Positions 9,964 through 20,426 of a DNA stretch of 64,000 nt are shown here, one piece after another. Made by a program: the position numbers and the translations under genes. The notes beneath the pieces are model-generated. The model had not been told where the DNA came from, did not search any database, and was given only the letters and a program-made list of their open reading frames with translations. Source of the stretch: Candidatus Latescibacterota bacterium (GTDB lineage: Bacteria > Latescibacterota > UBA2968 > UBA8231); contig OY730476.1 of the NCBI GenBank assembly GCA_963422735.1, positions 3,744,001 to 3,808,000 of the forward strand, in the 5' to 3' direction. Within the stretch, counting starts at the first letter, position 1. The number at the start of each line of letters is the position of its first letter.

Positions 9964-10668
9964 ATGTACTATCGCTTCTTTGTCGCTTTGCGCTTCACGC
10001 TCTTTGAGACGGCCATGATAGTCGTTGGCTACACCTCGATGTCGCTGGTTTTGGCCGTGCTTCTAGACCGCATGAAGGTCATGCGCGGCCTAGTGCGCGG
10101 ACTGTTTTTCTACCCTTTTATCCTCAGCATCCTCGTCAGCGCCCTGCTCTTTCAATATCTGGCCAACTATCGCACGGGTGCCATAAACACCCTCCTGCGC
10201 GCCTTTGGTTTCGACGCTCTAGCCCAAGACTGGATGGGAGACCCGGCGCTGGTACCCTACTTCATCCTCGCCTTGGTTCTCTGGCACGGCCTCGGCTTCT
10301 ACACCACCATCTTCCTCGCCGGGCTACAGACCATCCCCGGGGAACTATACGAAGCGGCGCAGATCGACGGGGCCGGTCCTTTGGTGACCTTCTACCGCGT
10401 CCAAGTCCCGGTGCTCATGCCGATGATTAAGACTAACTCGGTCATCGCCCTAATCACCGGCATTAACCTCTTCCCGCAGATCTTGGTCACCACTCAAGGC
10501 GGCCCCGGCTACCGCACGTTTACTGCCGGCTACTACATCTACTGGCTCGGCACGGAAAACGACCGCCAAGGCTATGCTTCGGCCATTGCTTTTGTCGTCT
10601 TCGCCTTCTTGGTCTTGGTCGCCGCCCTGCAAGTCGCCTTCTTCCAGCGCCGCGAGACCGACCTGTGA
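9964..10668 (+). pseudogene. Carbohydrate ABC permease (MalF-like), 5'-truncated
   Basis: Begins mid-domain (YRFFVALRFTL) directly after an in-frame TAG; first TM and loop missing; LYEAAQIDGA and TQGGPG intact. Confidence 0.7.
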
Positions 10669-11483
10669 AGCGTCGCCGGCCTCTCTTCGAGATTGGTATG
10701 CTGCTCTTAGGGCTGCTCTACGTGTCGCCCTGTTTGCTGGTACTGCTCAATTCCTTCAAGACTCTGCCGGAAATCGTCCGCTCTCCTGTGTCGCTCCCCG
10801 AGGCGCCGACCCTCGAAAACTACCACTACATCTTCACCGGCATCAAGCTCGCCGCGCCGATGTTCAACAGCCTGCTGATGTGCGCCGCTGTCATCGCCAC
10901 GCTCACCGTCGTCTCCTCCATGGCCGCGTACTCCCTCACGCGCCGCCGCATGCGCACGGGCGGCTTCTGGCGCATCTTCTTCCTCGCCGGGATCACCGTG
11001 CCGTTCCAGATTCTCATGCTGCCGCTTTTGCGCCAGTTCAACTACCTCGGCATCGGCTACACGTACTTTGCCCTCTGGCTGCACTACGTGTCCTACGGCC
11101 TGCCATTGTGCCTGTTCATCTACAGCGGCTTCATGCGCTCTATCCCCCGCGACCTCGAAGAAGCCGCCCTGATTGATGGCTGTACGCCCGTGGGCACCTT
11201 CTGGCGCGTGATCTTCCCGCTTTTGACCCCTTGCACGGTGACGATCATTATCTTTTAGGGCCTTTTTACCTGGAACGACTTTCCCCACGCATTCATCCTC
11301 ATGGGCACCAACAAGGGCGAGCTGGCCTTTGTGCAGCTATGGCGCTTTCTCTCGGACAAGTACGTCAAGAACTGGAACTACATCTTCGCCGGCGTCGTGG
11401 TCTTGTCGCTGCCCGTCACTGTACTCTATCTTGCCATGCAGCGCCGCTTCGTCAAAGGCCTAACCGCTGGTTCCATTCGCTGA
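10665..11483 (+). pseudogene. Carbohydrate ABC permease (MalG-like) with internal TAG
   Basis: LEEAALIDG; reads TIIIF*GLFTWNDF in frame (TAG 11256-11258) through to QRRFVKGLTAGSIR. Confidence 0.85.
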
Positions 11484-11488
11484 GCCCC

Positions 11489-12779
11489 ATGCCCCTTGCC
11501 CAATTCGCAACCTTTGCCCTTGCCGCCCTCCTCGCTTTTGGAGCCTGCGCCGGCGAGGAAGACGCCCGCGTCGTGCGGGTTACCCGCAATATCGGCGGCC
11601 GACCCGGCTTCGAGGTCCACTGGGACCTCTGGAAAGCCACCTTTGAGCGCCAGAACCCCGGCTGGACGCTGGAGTTGATCGACTTGGGCAACGAAGACGC
11701 CGGCGCATACTACCGCCGCGCCATTGCCACCGGCGACTTGCCCCACGTGGTAATGACCCTCGACTACACCAAATTCCTAGCCAATGGCGGCCATCTGCTC
11801 CCCATTCCGCGTACCCTCTACGACCGCGTGGGCCAAAACTTGCCGCCGTTGCACAGCGGCCAGCACTACACGGCCCAAGTCGGTCGCCAAATCACCGGCA
11901 TCGCCGTCAACAAGCGCATCTGGGCCGAGGTCGGCATTACCGAGCCGCCGCAGACCTGGGATGCCTTTATCGATGCCTTGCACAAGCTAAAAGCCGCTGG
12001 TTACAAGCCCCTCGTCTATGGGGGCCGCGAGTGGTCGGCCGGGGTGCCCCTCTCCTACGCGATCCAGACCAACCTCTACGACCCGACCCGCAAAGCCGCC
12101 GCGCCTTCTTGGACTGTGCGTCGCGATCTCGGCGAAATCACCTTTGCCACTGACCCGCTGATGCACCCTATCATGGCAAACATGATCGCGCTACTGGATA
12201 ACTTCGTCGAGAAGGGCTCGCTGAGCGACGGGTACAACGAAGAGCAGCGCGACTTCTTCAACGAGCACGCCGCCACTTGGATGATGGGCTGCTGGATGAG
12301 CGGCGACGTCGAGCCGCTAAAGGTTTGAGTACTGGCCCATTCCCTCTATGACCGGCCACAAGCCCCTCTTCATCAACACCTCCAACCAGCAGCGAGGGTG
12401 GGCCATGACCTCCAGTGCCCAAGGCACCTACTACGACAAAGCCCTCGCCGTGCTCAACTCCTACTACCACCCAGAGGTCTATCAAGCGTATCTCAACGCC
12501 GAGGGCATGCTGCTCAACGCCACCCAAATCGAAGGCGTCGATGGTCCCAAAAGCACCTATGGACCGACCCAACGCCTCTTCGAGCGCATGCGCACCAACC
12601 TCGACTACTGGGGCTGGACGCCCGGCTACTTCATCTCGATTGAGGACTATCCCCCCACCGGCTTCGTCCTCACCTTGGCCCGCATTATGCAGGAGATCCA
12701 AGCCGGCAACCGCGATATTGACGCGCTGCTCAAAATGCTCGACGACGATTGGGAGGCCGGGCGCAAGGGTAATAAGTGA
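11489..12779 (+). pseudogene. ABC substrate-binding lipoprotein, frameshifted near 12325
   Basis: Lipobox FGAC, TGDLPHV, PPQTWDAFIDAL; stops at 12328 while another frame continues FEYWPIPSMTGHKP to 12779. Confidence 0.75.
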
Positions 12780-14677
12780 TGATGCGCCCCGCCCTCGAGT
12801 GGACGCTGGCCATGATGCTGTGCGTCGGCCACAACTTCATCGGGGTGCGCAGCTACATATTGCTCGACCACTACTCGGGCTATGCCGACCACTCCAACAC
12901 CGTCGGCGTCATTTTCGCCCTGTTCTGGGTCGCGCTTACCGCCTTGCTGCTCGCGCTTATGCGACCTTTCCTGCGGCTGCCGACTTCGACTTTTGCCCTC
13001 ATCTACGCCGCGCTGATGGTGGCCACGATCATGCCGACCATGGGCTTTGGCGGCTATTTTATCCCCCTGCTCGCCGGCGTCTTCTACTACGCCACCCCGG
13101 AAAACAACTGGCGCGAACTGCTCTGGGACCACATCCCCGACTGGGCCGCCCCGCGCGATTTGGAGATGATCCGCAACCTCTTCGAGGGTGCTCCAGAAGG
13201 TGCGCCGCTGCCTTGGGAGGCTTGGCTCGGCCCTTGCATTTTCTGGGGCCTGTTCATGGTCGCCTTCTTCTTGGTCAGCTTCTCACTTATTGCCCTGCTT
13301 CACCACCAGTGGGCCCGCGGCGAGCGTTTGGTATATCCTTTGGCCGTAGTGCCGACGGCGATGGTCGAAAGCGTGGAAAACCCGGCCAAAAGCCTCTTTA
13401 AGAACCCGCTCTTATGGGTCGGATTTTTCATCGCCTCGATCATCCCGACCGTCAACATGCTCGACCAGGTGTTCGACTTTGAGACCATTAACAACTTCGG
13501 CATCCCCTCCACGCGCATCTTTTTGCGCCGCATCGGCATTTCCTATGGGATCAACGTCAACTTCCTAATCGTCGGCCTAGGCTACCTGCTCAACCTCAAT
13601 GTGCTCTTGAGCGTCTGGCTCTTCCACATCCTCGTCTATCTCGAACACGGCCTGTTGAGCTTTTTCGGGGTTGCCGTCAACCTCCCTGCCCAGCCACACC
13701 AGCAGGTCTCGGTACTGATGTCGCATCAGCAGATGGGGGCGCTCATCTTCCTGATCGTCTCTTCGCTGTGGATGTCGCGCGACTTTCTCAAGGACCAGTG
13801 GCGCGCTATCGCCAGCGGCGCAAGAGGCCCGGACTCGCACCTGCCCTCGCCGCGCACCTCGGCGTTGATGGGGGTCGTCGGGCTAGGCTATATGGCGTAC
13901 TTCCTCCACGCCACCGGCCTTTCCCTCGGCTGGAGTTTGGCCTTTCTGCTGGTCGCGCTATTGGTATTCTTGGGCACTGCGCGCTTGCTGGTACAAACCG
14001 GCTTGGGGCGGCTGCGCGCCCCCCATTCCATCCCGCCACTTTTTACCAATATCTTCGGCACGGCCTATTTCGGCGATAAGGGACTTACCGCTATGGGGCT
14101 TAACATGGTCTGGGCCGCGGACGTACAACTTTTCTTCATGGGCACGATGGCCCACGCCTTCAAGGTCTGCGAGGAGGTCAAGGAAAAGATCAGTGCCCGC
14201 AAGCTGCTGTTCTTCCTCGCCTCCGCCCTCGTCGTCAGCGCAATCACCACCGTCGCGGTCTATATATGGCTGGGCTATCAGCACGGCATGATGCACGGCT
14301 TCCGCTGGTACTACATCACCTCGCCGCTGAGCAAGTGGGGCTGGGTCGCCAAAACGGTCAACAACCCGCACCCGCCCCAGCACCTTACAACCCTGTTCAC
14401 TGGCATCGGTGCTGGGCTCGCCGGACTGCTTTCCTTCGCTCAGCACCGCCTAGCCGGCTGGCCCCTGCACCCGGTGGGGCTAGCTGTGGCCCTGACCAAT
14501 ACCGTGCGCGGCGACTGGTTTGGGATGTTTCTCGCCTGGCTTGTTAAGTCGATTCTGATTAGCTACGGGGGGGTCATTTTATACAGAAAAGTGCGGCCGC
14601 TCTTTCTGGGATTTATCATGGGAGCTTGCGTCGGCGTGGGCGGGGCGTCGTTGGTCTATTCGTTTTACTACTTCTAA
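12776..14677 (+). CDS. DUF6785/DUF6784-like polytopic membrane protein (second paralog)
   Basis: FYYATPENNW, HQWARGERLVYP, WPLHPVG, YGG..RPLFLG shared with 5102-7042. Confidence 0.7.
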   Translation: MMMRPALEWTLAMMLCVGHNFIGVRSYILLDHYSGYADHSNTVGVIFALFWVALTALLLALMRPFLRLPTSTFALIYAALMVATIMPTMGFGGYFIPLLAGVFYYATPENNWRELLWDHIPDWAAPRDLEMIRNLFEGAPEGAPLPWEAWLGPCIFWGLFMVAFFLVSFSLIALLHHQWARGERLVYPLAVVPTAMVESVENPAKSLFKNPLLWVGFFIASIIPTVNMLDQVFDFETINNFGIPSTRIFLRRIGISYGINVNFLIVGLGYLLNLNVLLSVWLFHILVYLEHGLLSFFGVAVNLPAQPHQQVSVLMSHQQMGALIFLIVSSLWMSRDFLKDQWRAIASGARGPDSHLPSPRTSALMGVVGLGYMAYFLHATGLSLGWSLAFLLVALLVFLGTARLLVQTGLGRLRAPHSIPPLFTNIFGTAYFGDKGLTAMGLNMVWAADVQLFFMGTMAHAFKVCEEVKEKISARKLLFFLASALVVSAITTVAVYIWLGYQHGMMHGFRWYYITSPLSKWGWVAKTVNNPHPPQHLTTLFTGIGAGLAGLLSFAQHRLAGWPLHPVGLAVALTNTVRGDWFGMFLAWLVKSILISYGGVILYRKVRPLFLGFIMGACVGVGGASLVYSFYYF

Positions 14678-14868
14678 CCGCGCACCTGCTTGACTCTGCC
14701 GACTTCGCCGGTCTCCAAACGCACCTTAATCCCGTGTGGATGCGTCGCCGACTTGGTCAGAATATCCTGCACGACGCCCTCGGTTAGCCGACCGGTGCGC
14801 TGATCCCGCTTCTGCACGATGGCTACCTGCGCTCCACGCGCTATATCGGCCCGTCTCGTTCCGTTCAT
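14674..14868 (-). CDS. YwbE family protein (DUF2196)
   Basis: KRDQRTGRLTEGVVQDILTKSATHPHGIKVRLETGEVGRV is the characteristic YwbE motif. Confidence 0.9.
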   Translation of the reverse strand: MNGTRRADIARGAQVAIVQKRDQRTGRLTEGVVQDILTKSATHPHGIKVRLETGEVGRVKQVRG

Positions 14869-14880
14869 CTAAGGTCGTGG

Positions 14881-14905
14881 ATCCCAAGTCTTTGAGACTT
14901 GGGAT
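14881..14905. repeat. Perfect 11-bp hairpin upstream of the YwbE gene
   Basis: ATCCCAAGTCT-TTG-AGACTTGGGAT. Confidence 0.7.
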
Positions 14906-15320
14906 ATGAGAGTGACTTTAGCCGTTGTCCAAAGGATTCCACTAGGGAATCCGACGACGACCAGGCATAGGAAGAATTAATTGGATAGTGTTTAATATCC
15001 GAGGTACCGTTCTTGTTACCCTTCGGTATCGCCAACAGAGCTCACCGAGCAGCCTGCTCAGGCAAAAGGCACTCTCGCCCGAGAGGAAACAGTTTAAGCC
15101 GCACACAGCACGGTCGCATGTCCTGCCGATAGCACTGAACGCAGGGTGTCGAGTTGGACTGTGTAGTCCGACGAGGTAGCGTCTGTCCTTCCGCGGGGGC
15201 GGGTTCGTCGCCCGTTGTAAGCAGGCTGAAAGTCTCGCCGAGCACCGTCTTGGTGCATCCGAATGCCGTTGTTGTAGTGCAGTGCTTGCATTAGAGCGGT
15301 TGGGAGAAGGCTTGGGTGGC

Positions 15321-17138
15321 TTACACCCGATCCAACCACACCGGACTCAGCCACGCCCGATGCCCGTCCTGTTGCCGCAGCCGTAGATAGTAATAGGCCC
15401 ACGCGCCCGCTGGTGCTGGCAATTCGGCCCCGTCGATTTCCACATCCCAAGCGTTGGGCTCGTCCTGCCAGATGCACTGCCCGTTTGCAATGATCTCCAC
15501 TCGTTCAATCGGCGCGGTTCCGTGCAGACTGGCGGAGAAATGTACCTTTTCGCCCTCGGCCAACGCGCCCTCCGCTCCCGAGCGCACGCAGTTGACCGCG
15601 TAATCGCAGACAATCGGCACGCCCGAAGTCGCGTAGGTCCAACGCTCGTCCATCGCCTGCCACACGGCCTCGCGGGTCAATTCCGTCGCCCGGAAACAGG
15701 TCATCCCCACATAGCCTCCCGGGTTTTGCGTCGGATGCCCCTCGTGGTTGTCGGTCCCGGCGACAAATCCCAAGCGCCAGCCTTGGGCAAAAGCATCCCG
15801 CACCGCAGCACCCAACCCGCCTATGCGAATACCCCAGTACTCGTCGAGCGCGTCGGCCTCAAAATTGCCCCGCCCCTGGACGATTTCCACTAACCTAGCT
15901 CGCTTGTTGGGGAACTCCCAGTGGTATTGCGACCAATAAAACGTCTTGCCCATGACCTCGCGGTGCTTGCCGTATTCAATGGGCTGTCCGCAGTTGGGAT
16001 GGTGCGGCACCATGACCACATCCTCATCCCAAGGCACTTCCGAGGGGCAAAGCTCCGGTTTCCAGTGCCAAGTGCCGCCATCGACTTCCGGCGTACGCAG
16101 ATAGAGGTTGGCGTGCCCATAGGCATTGGAGCTTTCCCACGCGGGGATCGTCACAAAGCGACCCGGCTCGTAAAATTCTTCGTTGACCGCCAAGCATTCG
16201 GCCCATCCGGGGCCGATCGGCGCGTGGTCGGTCATCGCGACCACGTCGAGGTTGAGAAAGTCGCGGGCATAGGCGTATGCCGCGCGCGGTTCGCGGTCGC
16301 CGTCCACCGAAAGCCTCGTGTGGAAGTGGATGCCACCAAAGTAGTGGCCGCGCTCGCCGATGGCCTGCGCCGGACCACTCTGAGCTTCTAAGCCGCGTTC
16401 TACATCGCGCACTGCAATGCGGACCGGACCGTCGGCCTGTACTTCAATGCCCTCGACTACGCCGCGCCCATCGGCACCAATTGCGACCTCGGCAGGTAGC
16501 CCGGCGACCGCGTCGTCGGCCTGCAAAGTCACCGCCCCCCGATACGAGGGGATTGGATTGAGATGATCGTCCGTCGCGAAAATCACAACCCTACGCTTTC
16601 CCTGCGCGTCCGCTGTCGCGGAAATACGCCCTTCCAGCCGCGTTAGGGGACCGGGGGCATTGTGCAGCGGAATCGGGTCGCCCACCTTTTCGAAAACTTC
16701 AGCTTCGGGTCGCCGCACCCGCACTTGCAGAGCACCGCTTATGTCCGCATGTGGCGACGGCACCACGCCAAAGGGAAAGACCAGCCGCGCTCCCTCGCTT
16801 AGCGGCTTAGTGACTTGGATGGTACACAAGTAGAGTTCGTTGATCGGCCGCCCCACCAATCCGCCGCCGGCCGGACCGTCGCCGCCCCGCGTCATATCGG
16901 TCCAGTCGCGCGCCAACCCATGCCCAATCACCACCACACCCTCGCCGCCTTCGACAAAAGGGTCTGCAAGCGTCCACTGGCGAGAGTAGGAATGAAACGT
17001 GCTGATCGAAACGCGCACATCGGCACCAGCTTCAAGGCCCGCCGGACAAGTGACAAACAGCCGCAAGGGCTTGCGCTGCTGATCCGTGGCGATGAATTCC
17101 GTCTGTCCCTCGTAGTGTATTTCTAATTGCTCGTACAT
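15321..17138 (-). CDS. PHP-like metallohydrolase (DUF3604/CehA-McbA-like)
   Basis: HFHT..SVDG, TDH, PHH, GFVAGTDNHEGHP, TYATSG, YYYLRLRQ..AWLSPVW. Confidence 0.75.
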   Translation of the reverse strand: MYEQLEIHYEGQTEFIATDQQRKPLRLFVTCPAGLEAGADVRVSISTFHSYSRQWTLADPFVEGGEGVVVIGHGLARDWTDMTRGGDGPAGGGLVGRPINELYLCTIQVTKPLSEGARLVFPFGVVPSPHADISGALQVRVRRPEAEVFEKVGDPIPLHNAPGPLTRLEGRISATADAQGKRRVVIFATDDHLNPIPSYRGAVTLQADDAVAGLPAEVAIGADGRGVVEGIEVQADGPVRIAVRDVERGLEAQSGPAQAIGERGHYFGGIHFHTRLSVDGDREPRAAYAYARDFLNLDVVAMTDHAPIGPGWAECLAVNEEFYEPGRFVTIPAWESSNAYGHANLYLRTPEVDGGTWHWKPELCPSEVPWDEDVVMVPHHPNCGQPIEYGKHREVMGKTFYWSQYHWEFPNKRARLVEIVQGRGNFEADALDEYWGIRIGGLGAAVRDAFAQGWRLGFVAGTDNHEGHPTQNPGGYVGMTCFRATELTREAVWQAMDERWTYATSGVPIVCDYAVNCVRSGAEGALAEGEKVHFSASLHGTAPIERVEIIANGQCIWQDEPNAWDVEIDGAELPAPAGAWAYYYLRLRQQDGHRAWLSPVWLDRV

Positions 17139-17169
17139 ATCGTCTCCTCGATTCTTGTCTTCATTCTAC

Positions 17170-17850
17170 TCAAGATACCATGCGCTCAAGTTGATGGAAC
17201 AGATCGTCAATTTTGTCGATGGAGTTTAATTCTGGTGTGGCATTCCATTCGATCTCCCGCGAATAGTACCACCGGGCCTGTACAGGCCGCATACCCACTG
17301 CTGCAGCACTCTGGAGTTCGTCAAATCCTCCATCTCCAACGAACACAGTTTTAGTTGGCGAAATGCCGAGACGCTCGCACGCCAGGTTGTAAATTTCAGG
17401 ATCGGGCTTCATACAGCCTATTCGACATGAAAAAACAGCATCATCTACTACATCGCGGAGCAGACACTCTGGCCAACTAGCGACCTCGTCTGGAGTAGCA
17501 TTGCTAACAATGCCGATCGTCCATCCATTTGAACGAAGCTGCGAAAGTACTTGCAGCATTGCAACGTCCACGCCAAGCAAGTATTCCCGCTTACGCTTCA
17601 GTCGATCGCGGCTGATTTCTTCGATTGTCGTACTTTCAACTGAGGCTCCCAACGAGCCGCACAGCTCCGACAACATTTCCTGATAGGTATCAAACTTACC
17701 TGTCATCCGTTCTCTAGCGCAATCTCTCCACCACGCTCGCACATCATCCAAATTCAACCCCAGTTTATCGACAAACGACTGTTCAGTAGGGCGATTTGAA
17801 TATTTCTGTGTCACGAGTGTTTCAAACAAATCGAATATCACCGCTTTCAT
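17170..17850 (-). CDS. HAD family hydrolase
   Basis: AVIFDLFETL, KPDPEIY, FVGDGGFDEL; lower GC than flanks. Confidence 0.9.
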   Translation of the reverse strand: MKAVIFDLFETLVTQKYSNRPTEQSFVDKLGLNLDDVRAWWRDCARERMTGKFDTYQEMLSELCGSLGASVESTTIEEISRDRLKRKREYLLGVDVAMLQVLSQLRSNGWTIGIVSNATPDEVASWPECLLRDVVDDAVFSCRIGCMKPDPEIYNLACERLGISPTKTVFVGDGGFDELQSAAAVGMRPVQARWYYSREIEWNATPELNSIDKIDDLFHQLERMVS

Positions 17851-17865
17851 AAGCTTCAGCACTCT

Positions 17866-18314
17866 CTATACAAACTTCTGAACATGTACCGTGAAAGGAA
17901 GTGTCGTGTACGATTGAAACAAAACTCGTTCATCAAATGACAAAAGCTACTGAAGCCTTCGGCTGTAAACAGGGTGATCTATCATCTTACCGGCCTCAGT
18001 CTTTGGACCCATGCAACATCGAGTGTCTCTTCTCCTATCCGGGCGTCCCCAGACAACCAAGAACCAAGGAAATCGAATATCACGCGATGATTACTGAGGT
18101 TGCTATATACGCCGACAAGTTGATCCGCCGAAGCGACGATGTTGGCCTCTTCTTTGACCTCGCGAATGACCCCATCGAGGACGGACTCATCTTCCTCGAT
18201 TTGGCCGCTTGGAAACTCCCATCCCCTTCGTTCTGTTCTAACCAGTAACACCTCGTCTCCCCGTTCCACGAGCATTCCAGCAGCAACGATATGTTTTGGC
18301 GAACTCGAGTTTAT
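17866..18314 (-). pseudogene. NUDIX hydrolase pseudogene
   Basis: PKHIVAAG, Nudix box GQIEEDESVLDGVIREVKEE; start appears as ATA, frameshift near 18000, further in-frame TAG at 17947-17949. Confidence 0.8.
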
Positions 18315-18339
18315 ATGTCGCTTTCAGGGTGAACCTGCA

Positions 18340-18540
18340 TTAGAGCCGATCTGAAACCAATGCAGACCTTCCTACCGAGATTAAGCTTCCTTGGCGTCTA
18401 GTCCTCAATGCCCAAGGCCCCGACGACCTATTCACCGAACCCCCTCAGATTTCGACCAAAAACCCTAGGCAAAGGGCATTCGATGAGCACACCGTATCAA
18501 TATCCGAGCGATTTGACCAACGCACAATGGCAGCATTTTA
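18340..18540 (+). mobile_element. IS5-family left-end remnant with first ~18 transposase codons
   Basis: TTAGAGCCGATCTGAAA end-like sequence, then ATG 18483 MSTPYQYPSDLTNAQWQH matching the YPSDLTDxQW start of IS5/DUF4096 transposases; truncated. Confidence 0.75.
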
Positions 18541-18561
18541 GAGCGGATGTTGTTGCAGAAA

Positions 18562-19719
18562 CTAACTCGCGTTCTGGCCCAAGCGGCGGTCTTCGGCGGC
18601 GAGCCACTCCGCATACGGGCGCGGCATGGGGCTGGGCAGGCCCATGCCGTGATCCTCGCGCCAGCGCAAGAGCGGGTGGTCGCGTTCTACTTGCGGCAGA
18701 TCCACGCGCCGGCCGCGCGCTCCCGACTCGAAAATCCCCATCAATATCTCCAGCACGTGGCGACCAGCCTCGCCCGAGCACTCGTGTGCACGGCCTTCGT
18801 CGAGCGCCTGCACGTACTCGTCGGCGAACTGATAGTCCTCCACAGAAGCCGGGCCCGCCGGGTCGTAGTGCTCGGGCACTAAGGGGGTGAGCGGCTGCCA
18901 CTCGGCTTGACCGGGGGCAAAGTGCGGCGTGGACAAAAACCACGGGGCACCGCTCTTCCAGTAGAGCCGGCCTTCGGTGCCGCAGATCTCGATCATATAG
19001 GCCGTTGAATCCACCTTGGGGAAGCGGTGCTGCAAGAGGGTGGCCGAAATCCCGCTCGCAAAGGCAAGGGCCGCGGTCACGTGCTCGCCGGCGATATAGC
19101 CCATGCCGCTCGGCGACGGCACGACATCCTCGGGAGTGATCGGGCAGCCATTGGTCAGGGCCACGGCTTGGACGCTCCGCACCGGCCCAGCCACTCCGAG
19201 CATGGCGTTGAGCGAATGCGTGGCGATGTTCATCAGGCCGTAGCCTCCGTAGTAGCCCTTGCCGCTGCCCTGCACATGACGCAAGTTGCCGATCCGGCCC
19301 TCGGCAATCGCTGCTTTGACTGCTTGCAGTGCGCCGCCACTGCGCCCTTGGTGATGCACGGCTACTTGCACCCCTTTCTCCACGGCTTTGGCCAAAACCG
19401 CGTCGGCCTCGGCCAAGGTCGTGCAGATCGGTTTTTCAATGTCGATGTGGACTCCTTGCTCCAGCACTCGCATGGCGAGCGGATAGTGGAACTCGGTGCC
19501 CGTGGGAATGGCGACGATGTTCGGGGCCTCGGCCTCGATCATCCGGTCGAGATCGTCATAGCGGGCCGCAACCCTTAGCTCGTCGCCGAGGGCCGCCAGC
19601 CGCTCGGGCACGAGGTCGCACAATGCCACGACCTTGGTGCGGGGATGCTGATGATACGCGCGGGCCGCAGCCGTGCCTCGGCTACGGCAGCCCAAAATGG
19701 CGACTCGGTATTGTTGCAT
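18562..19719 (-). CDS. Gfo/Idh/MocA family oxidoreductase
   Basis: VAILGCRSRG, HIDIEKP, Rossmann-type N-terminus. Confidence 0.9.
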   Translation of the reverse strand: MQQYRVAILGCRSRGTAAARAYHQHPRTKVVALCDLVPERLAALGDELRVAARYDDLDRMIEAEAPNIVAIPTGTEFHYPLAMRVLEQGVHIDIEKPICTTLAEADAVLAKAVEKGVQVAVHHQGRSGGALQAVKAAIAEGRIGNLRHVQGSGKGYYGGYGLMNIATHSLNAMLGVAGPVRSVQAVALTNGCPITPEDVVPSPSGMGYIAGEHVTAALAFASGISATLLQHRFPKVDSTAYMIEICGTEGRLYWKSGAPWFLSTPHFAPGQAEWQPLTPLVPEHYDPAGPASVEDYQFADEYVQALDEGRAHECSGEAGRHVLEILMGIFESGARGRRVDLPQVERDHPLLRWREDHGMGLPSPMPRPYAEWLAAEDRRLGQNAS

Positions 19720-19738
19720 AGTGCAATCTCCTTTTGCG

Positions 19739-20413
19739 TCATTTGCCATCGGCTAGCTCGGCCTTTTTCCAATACGCAGCAAAGTGCTGGCGCAGCCACG
19801 TCAGCGGCGCAAAGCGCAGCGCATTAAAGCCTCCCCAAGACCAGCGCAGCGGCCACTCTCTCCGGCCGGTGAGCCGTTGGAATAACCGTTTGCGCGCCGC
19901 ACACGCCAGCTCCACCTCAGCGCTGAGCCGCGCCAATTCGCGCTCGTACGTCCCCTCGATGAGCATGCGGGCGTGCCGAGCGACCTTTTCCGGCTCCAGT
20001 ACCGCCACCCTCGGACACACCATGCCGGCCTCGTGCCGTACAAAAGCGCGAATTGGCGCCGATGGCAAATCGCCCTGATGCGCGAGGGCTTGGCGGGTGA
20101 TCGAGACCGGATTCATCGCCCCGTACGTGCGGCAAATCAGCGGGCGCACTGGATAGATGGTACAGCTATGGTCCGCGCCGAGAAAGGGACAGCGCCGCGG
20201 CCGCTCCTCAGTAAAGCTCAGCAACGCCTGGCGACGCTGAGGGGAAAAGTGCCGCTCCACATAGGCGACGATGTGGACGTATTCGGCCCGGTAGAGTGGG
20301 AACATGGTAGCGTAGTAGTTGTCGAACTCCTCGTCTGTGAGCGCACAGCAATCGCCCGTACCAGCGCATCGCGTCGCCGGAACTTGATCGTAGAGCACCT
20401 CTAGATCGCGCAT
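19739..20413 (-). CDS. YkgJ family cysteine-cluster (Zn/Fe-S) protein
   Basis: CAGTGDCC ... CPFL...CTIYPVRPLICRTYG. Confidence 0.85.
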   Translation of the reverse strand: MRDLEVLYDQVPATRCAGTGDCCALTDEEFDNYYATMFPLYRAEYVHIVAYVERHFSPQRRQALLSFTEERPRRCPFLGADHSCTIYPVRPLICRTYGAMNPVSITRQALAHQGDLPSAPIRAFVRHEAGMVCPRVAVLEPEKVARHARMLIEGTYERELARLSAEVELACAARKRLFQRLTGRREWPLRWSWGGFNALRFAPLTWLRQHFAAYWKKAELADGK

Positions 20414-20426
20414 AACTCCTCCTATT

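Noticed and set aside
15037-15076. Glycine riboswitch (CTCAGGCAAAAGG)
   Set aside because: The upstream GGAGA and CCGAAG elements are missing and no plus-strand gene follows.
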